Source: Rotaria socialis (lineage: Eukaryota). From it: a stretch of 64,000 nucleotides of DNA. A program made the position numbers and the translations under genes. The stretch spans positions 1 through 64,000 of the forward strand of contig CAJNYD010000236.1 of the NCBI GenBank assembly GCA_905331295.1, read 5' to 3'. This document shows positions 58,280-64,000 of the stretch, in pieces (the stretch's first letter is position 1; each line of letters opens with the position of its first letter). The notes below the pieces were generated by a model. That model was not told the DNA's origin and made no database searches. It was given only the letters and a program-made list of their open reading frames with translations.

Positions 58280-60217
58280 TTAATTTTCAAGAATATTCGA
58301 CGATTTAATAAATAAAAACATCGATCGTTGGAAACCTAAATGAAATGAAATTGAATCAATGTTAATGTTTAAGAAAAGAATTTTTACCTTTATGCATATG
58401 ACTAGGCGTAGCAATTGTCGTGCACGATTCGAAACCGACTTCAGTCGAAAGCAGATAAGATACAAAATCTGTTGGTTTAAGTTCTATACGATTATATGTG
58501 TCTGTAATATCTTTCTAAAAAAACAAAATTTGAATAATATTTCATCTAATCAAATGATATTTTGCTTACTGTCATACGACGTTTAAGTCGATAACTTGGC
58601 CATGGTTGTGGTTCAAGTATTAATCGTCCACCTGGAAGCAAAGTTCGATAAAGTCGTTTGAAAAATCGTTTAAGACCTTCATCGCCAAAATTTAAATGCA
58701 CCCATTTTGTAACACTAAATGCAATAATCGTATCATACTCCGTTTTGATATTAGCCAAATCCACATCGTTATCAAGCACAAAATTTTCCTAAAATAATAT
58801 GAAAAAATAGAAATAGAAAAAATAAAGAAATTTTAATTAGCGACGAATGCTTTCTGCTCGTAAGTGATAAAGGTTTTTTCTTTTTTCCGTTTCATCTTGG
58901 AAAATTTTAGAATTAAATATACCTTATCACCTGTTCCACGCTGCATCAATATCACCCATAGTAGATGAAATGAAAAGTAACTGAATGTATGTCGACCAGA
59001 TTCGCGGCTGCTCACTCGCTCGCTCCGGCTCAGCTCGATCAGCAGAAAGCATTCGTCGCTTGGACTTAATCCAAAGTTCATTTAATAATCCTAAATATAT
59101 ATATATGCATAGATTTTATGTATGATAAGGTACTAAAGAATTTAATTCACACCTGCTGAAAGCGCAGGTTAAATGGATAGCGCTTATTTTGATTATTATT
59201 ATTATTACTGTTGTTGTTGTTGTTATTATTCATATTAGCATTCAAATGATTATTGTTAGCTATTTGTATACGATTCCATAATTGATGTCGAGCTTGTTGA
59301 ATAAGTTGTTGATCAATATCAACACCAACAATTTGTTCAGGTTGAAAATGCTCAGCAACATAGAATGTTACATGACCTGTATGGCATCCTAAATACACAA
59401 AAAGAAACGGTTCTATGAAAGATATTGATGAAAGAGAAAAAACGTCCTTATCCTAAAGTTTTCATTCATCAGATAGATTTCAAATCAGCATAGTTTTCTC
59501 AGTCGAAAGATGGTGTGTTTGTTTATTCTTCATATGAATATATTTCAGTATTTTAATCTTTCACATTCCTTGTTAACTTCTATGAACACTTACCAACATC
59601 TAATACTTGTTTATTATGAAACCAATCATGTTCAAGATACTGAAAACGTTGATCATGATTCGGTTGTCTATAGCCATAATAACCTTGAAAATTTCCATAT
59701 CGTGGTGGTTGAATATTTCTTCGTTTTTTTTCGTATCGTTTCTTTCGTACGGGATATATCATTGGTTTATTAGTATTCAATTCATTTGTACTATTCGATG
59801 GAATAGAATAAACATTATTAATATCTTCATCATTACGTGAAGAAGTATCAAGACGAAGAGGATCAAAAATATCTGGTTGAAGTAAAATTTCAACCGGTCG
59901 ATCATTACCATTATCGATTGAATTATTGTTTGTACCTGATGATGTTGTTGCCTGTGTTAGTTGCTTCTTCTTTTCTATTAGCGCATTTAAATTGAGCGGA
60001 TCCTTTCGATTACCACCTAAACGAATGAATTCAACTGGTATGAAGATATGATAATGAAATTTTTAATTATCTTACCAAAGCGAAAATGTATCGGTAGTTG
60101 ATTTTTTCTTGCAGGTTTTTTTTTCATAATACGTGATTGCTTTTTTATTGGTCTTGGAATCATTGATGATGACATTATTGGAAAGAAATTGTTGGTTAAA
60201 TCTTCGCCAGTTGCCAT
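58280..60217 (-). CDS. MEPCE: 7SK snRNA methylphosphate capping enzyme (Bin3/MEPCE)
   Basis: DPLNL, YGNFQGYYGYR, VLDVGCHTGHVT, GVDID, SVTKWVHLNFGDEGLKRFFKR, LILEPQPWPSY, GFQR. Six exons with GT-AG introns. Confidence 0.95.
58837..59083 (+). mobile_element. Helentron-associated (HINE/DINE-1-like) non-autonomous element in a MEPCE intron
   Basis: Perfect 20-bp inverted repeat AGCGACGAATGCTTTCTGCT (58839-58858 / 59041-59060), followed by hairpin TTGGA-CTTAA-TCCAA and a T-run. No clear TSD. Confidence 0.6.
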
Positions 60218-61933
60218 ATTCTTTCATTAATTTGAAAGAGAAGAGAAAATAATTTTTTATGAAAATCCAATTAATTGTTTTGATAATTGACAACCACCAC
60301 CACAATGCACACCCACACCCACGAATGAATGATGAAAGTAAACACAAGAAAAGTTTGAAAGAGACAAGCAGATAAGTAGAACACCTTGATGTGTCGTAGT
60401 GTAAATCGAGTGAAAGATAAATTAGAGGCGCTCTTTTATCTTCGTTTGGATTTTTTATTGAAATGAGTATATTCGATTAGTTACTAGACGAATCAGCGAA
60501 CGAATGAAATGAAAAAGGAAATTAACAACGATTTTTATATCTATCTTAAGTAATCAAACCGCGACCTTGTCTATTCTTTATATAGTAGGCAGCAAATTAT
60601 GGATTAATTTAGGTATAATATGGATTTAAGAACGAAGCAGAATTTTCGGAAGACTTCTTAAATAAATGAAGAAATATTCTAATAATTAGAAATCTATTGC
60701 AATAAAAATGTTTTCAACAGTATATATAATCCTATTTGACAGTCACGTGATCGTAAAGAGGTCTGTCATTATGAATTATGTCGATTTTATTAATCGCGCA
60801 TGAAGCGCTACTGACTGTGGATGTGTCAAATGTCATTGAAGTTTTGCTGATATATTTTGAGTGTTGAAACATAATATAATTTCGAATTGAATACTTAACA
60901 AGATCGACGGGTTCCCCATCGTACCAGGAAAGCTTTTGAAAATTTCACTTACCATCGATGCAAAAGAAAAATGAATAATAGTGTTTTTTGAAATTTACAT
61001 TCTTCGGATCATGTTTGTCGCACTTTATTTTTCTCTTATTTTATTTGAAAATTTTTCAAAGCTAATGAAGCTTTATAAGCGATCAACATTTTTTTATTAT
61101 TATGTATGTATGAATGCATCGATTGACTTCATTAAATAGAGTATCTGATTTAAATGGATTCAATTCAAAATACAATTATAAAAAAAAATTGTGGCCTACG
61201 TGGTTGTTTTTCTTTTTGCAATTACCTTGATCGATGTTTCGAATTGAAAAAAGTTTTAGCCTCGCCTTTGACAGTTCATATTTAAAACATTTTCAATAAT
61301 AATACTAGGCTTCTAGTCGCAACATATCAACATAAACAACAATTAGTAAACACACAACATTTTGCCTTCTCATCTGTCATTAATAATATGAATAATAGAT
61401 GTTAGCTGTCATCAATAGAAAAAAAAGTCTTCGAAGAATGATATCATATTCATTTTAATAATGAATTTATCCTTGACTCTCACTTGTAGAGTTCTTCTAC
61501 ATTGTTCGCTTTCGTTATCAATAATAGACTCAAATGTTTGACTACACGACAGAAGTAACATGGGGATCTATTGATGCATGCTACCCAGTAGTTTCATTTG
61601 ATTTCTATTAATTATGTACAAATCGTTTTTAATATATTATCACTGATTTATTCTACACGAAAAAAAAAAGATTCAGCAAATCTTTAGTCTTTACAAAACA
61701 AGAGGAAAAAATCTTTGCATAATACGAAGAAATAATTTTTTTCTGTATTATTAGTTGAGAAAACAAACGTTGCTCTTTTCTATGGTAATTGGTACTATAT
61801 ATCAGAGAAAAACAAACTACTGTTGACATATTCGTTAAATGATGTTATACTACTACTGACTTTTTTTCTGAATTAGTTTAAGGACACGAAGTTCTTTATC
61901 TCAGTTCTTCATAATATTTATATCATATTGAAA

Positions 61934-62541
61934 ATGTCGATAAATCTAGATTGTTTCATCATTAGTATTTTCATTTTGGCCAGTATTTAATCAGAAATCT
62001 CTAAGCGAGACTATGTAGTAATAAAGATATGGATTCTGGCAGAAAAGCTGGTCAATTTAATATTTATTCCAATCAAGCTGAAACAAACTTACTCTATCGT
62101 ATTGAATCATATTATAGTCCCATGCAAAAAATTGATCTACGTACGTATCCAGACAAAAAGGTTATTGGAAGATTAAATTCTCATCAACTTGGAATTTGGT
62201 ATCAAGCTACTTATGAAATATTTGATATACGGAGTAAGACAAACAAATGGTTTAATGGAAGTATTAAACGACAGTCGACATGGTTTCACGATGAATATCA
62301 TGTTAATCTTGCAGAAAGAAAAATTACAATGAAAAATAGAGCATTCTCGGGTAGATTCAAATTTTACAACGAAGCCAACAGTTTACTTGCTATGTTTAAA
62401 ATGCGACGCAATTTACTATCGGCAGTAACTAAATATGATTTAAAGATTTTCTCAGATCAATTTCCAGATAGTATTTATCTATTAGCACTTGCCGCACATG
62501 ACAATAAGAAAACAGCAATATATTCACATAATGACAAATGA
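61934..62541 (+). pseudogene. Intronless LURP-one/tubby-C-terminal-like gene with a disrupted signal-peptide region
   Basis: ATG 61934 reads MSINLDCFIISIFILASI then TAA (61988-61990). The 170-aa ORF at 62029 is in a different frame. Alternating beta-strand pattern and a C-terminal helix (YDLKIFSDQFPDSIYLLALAA) fit the tubby/LURP-one fold. Confidence 0.55.
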
Positions 62542-64000
62542 AACGATTTTCAAAACTTTTGAAAATATATTATTAAATATCTATTACATTGACCTTCATC
62601 ATTCACCAGTTGCCATCTCATACACTTTCATTTTATTCTACTTTTCGTGTGCTATTCCTTTCTACTTTTTAAATATTAACTTTGGCAAATAGAAATCAAA
62701 TATATCATGAAGAATTTCATTGTCTTGTAATTGTTATAGCATGTTGCTTGTATATACGTATATATATTGATGAAGATTAATACCAGTAAAGTGACAATCA
62801 TCGTGTGGTTGATATGCTAAATGTGTTTGATACATAATAGGAAAATAGCTACAAGGACAACAACGATATAGAAGAATTTCGAAAAAGTTATGAATATGAA
62901 ATAGTTGAATTCTCACTTGTCTCGCACTAATTTTCAATCATTGGCTACATTATAAGGCTATTGTAAGATTTTATCGTTAGGTTTTCTACAATCTATACTT
63001 TATTTAAATATGGTGAATGAAAATCTTCTCATCTGAATAATCTATCTTAATTCACTAATATTCCTGATATCTTTCTTCGAACTTTAGTTGTCTAACAATG
63101 ATCTATTTTTTTGTAAAACAATTATAATAGCCTCTAAAACGAAAATCGAAGTAACAACTATTGAAAAAGATTTGAATTAACATATTTCATTATGATTTAA
63201 CACAGGATTCCCGAATATCTCGAAGAGAATGTTTATCGATCTTATTGGTTGAACAATTGACAAAGTTAAGCATCATTGATGAATAGAGAGATTCCATTGA
63301 TAAATTCAAAGAAAATCTAGTACACATTAACTTTTCCCAATGCTTGGATAATATTAAATATTGGATGAGTGCATTATACTTCAAGATCAGAGTATAGTTT
63401 AATGTATAGTTAAGATTGAAAAATGTCATTCATTTTCTTTTAACTTAACTCTATTATATTGGAGATCGAGGCTGCGAGTTTGAATATGTACGTCTGAGAA
63501 CGAGAATGTTGTAAAGTTTTCTCAAAAAGTCTTATAGTTACTGTAATTTGTTCAATAGTTGAAGTGAAGTAAAAGTGAAGTTCAATTCACTTTCTTTGGT
63601 TGCATAATTATTGATTTTATGTCAGAATGGTCTTTTTATTCGATCTTACTAAGTGCTTTTTCGTATGAGGTAAATGTATTGCTCACGATATTTCATAGTA
63701 AAAAATCAAGCTGTCACAACATATTTATCACAATGAATAACATCGTATAGTTTTATTTAAACATTCATAAATTCACTTATTAAAATCAATTCTATCTACT
63801 GAGTAAATTTTAGTACAAAGTTATAACTAGCTTATGTCACTAAGCATCATAGTCGCTTGTTGTCAGTCAATGAAAACGAAAATTTTCATTCTATACTAAC
63901 AAGTGATTCGAATTACTTGATATTTCTGATTCATATTTTCTGTGTCTAGATGCAATTACAAACAATTTTTATTGAATTCAGATTCAGTACACATTATTAT

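Noticed and set aside
58837..59083. 7SK snRNA hosted in the intron of its own capping enzyme MEPCE
   Set aside because: No paired GAUC motifs in a 5' stem and no recognisable 7SK ends. The subterminal inverted repeat plus hairpin layout fits a Helentron-type element better. A covariance-model search would settle it.
59186..59258. Poly-Asn tract in MEPCE as a special feature
   Set aside because: AAT/AAC triplet expansions in a variable loop are common in AT-rich genomes.

Overview
AT-rich eukaryotic (animal) genomic DNA with many short (~50-70 nt) GT-AG introns. Composition, intron size and gene content suggest a bdelloid rotifer (inference). The first ~10 kb is transposon debris. It includes a full-length but dead LINE (~3948-9919; zinc-knuckle ORF1, APE-RT ORF2, A-tail, 12-bp target-site duplication) carrying three nested MITEs. 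From 14 kb the window is gene-dense: an FkbM-like methyltransferase (candidate foreign gene), PPP1R32/SAXO4, DOLPP1, FMC1 directly followed by TSEN15, NAP1-like, FGFR, ITFG2, M-Ras, GH35 beta-galactosidase, CIMIP1/C20orf85-like, a neuronal calcium sensor, a ClC-3/4/5 exchanger, a small neuropeptide precursor, MEPCE/Bin3 and a disrupted LURP-one/tubby-like gene. Four observations stand out. (1) The NCS gene encodes its N-terminal ~120 aa twice, once in five exons and once as a single intronless exon nested in intron 5, and both can splice in frame to the same last two exons. (2) FMC1-TSEN15 looks like a trans-spliced dicistronic unit. (3) FGFR has a putative 39-nt cassette exon at the vertebrate IIIa|IIIb/IIIc junction, with Rbfox and UG motifs downstream. 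(4) There is a two-peptide neuropeptide precursor that the ORF track misses. All gene models were spliced and translated by eye; no searches were run.
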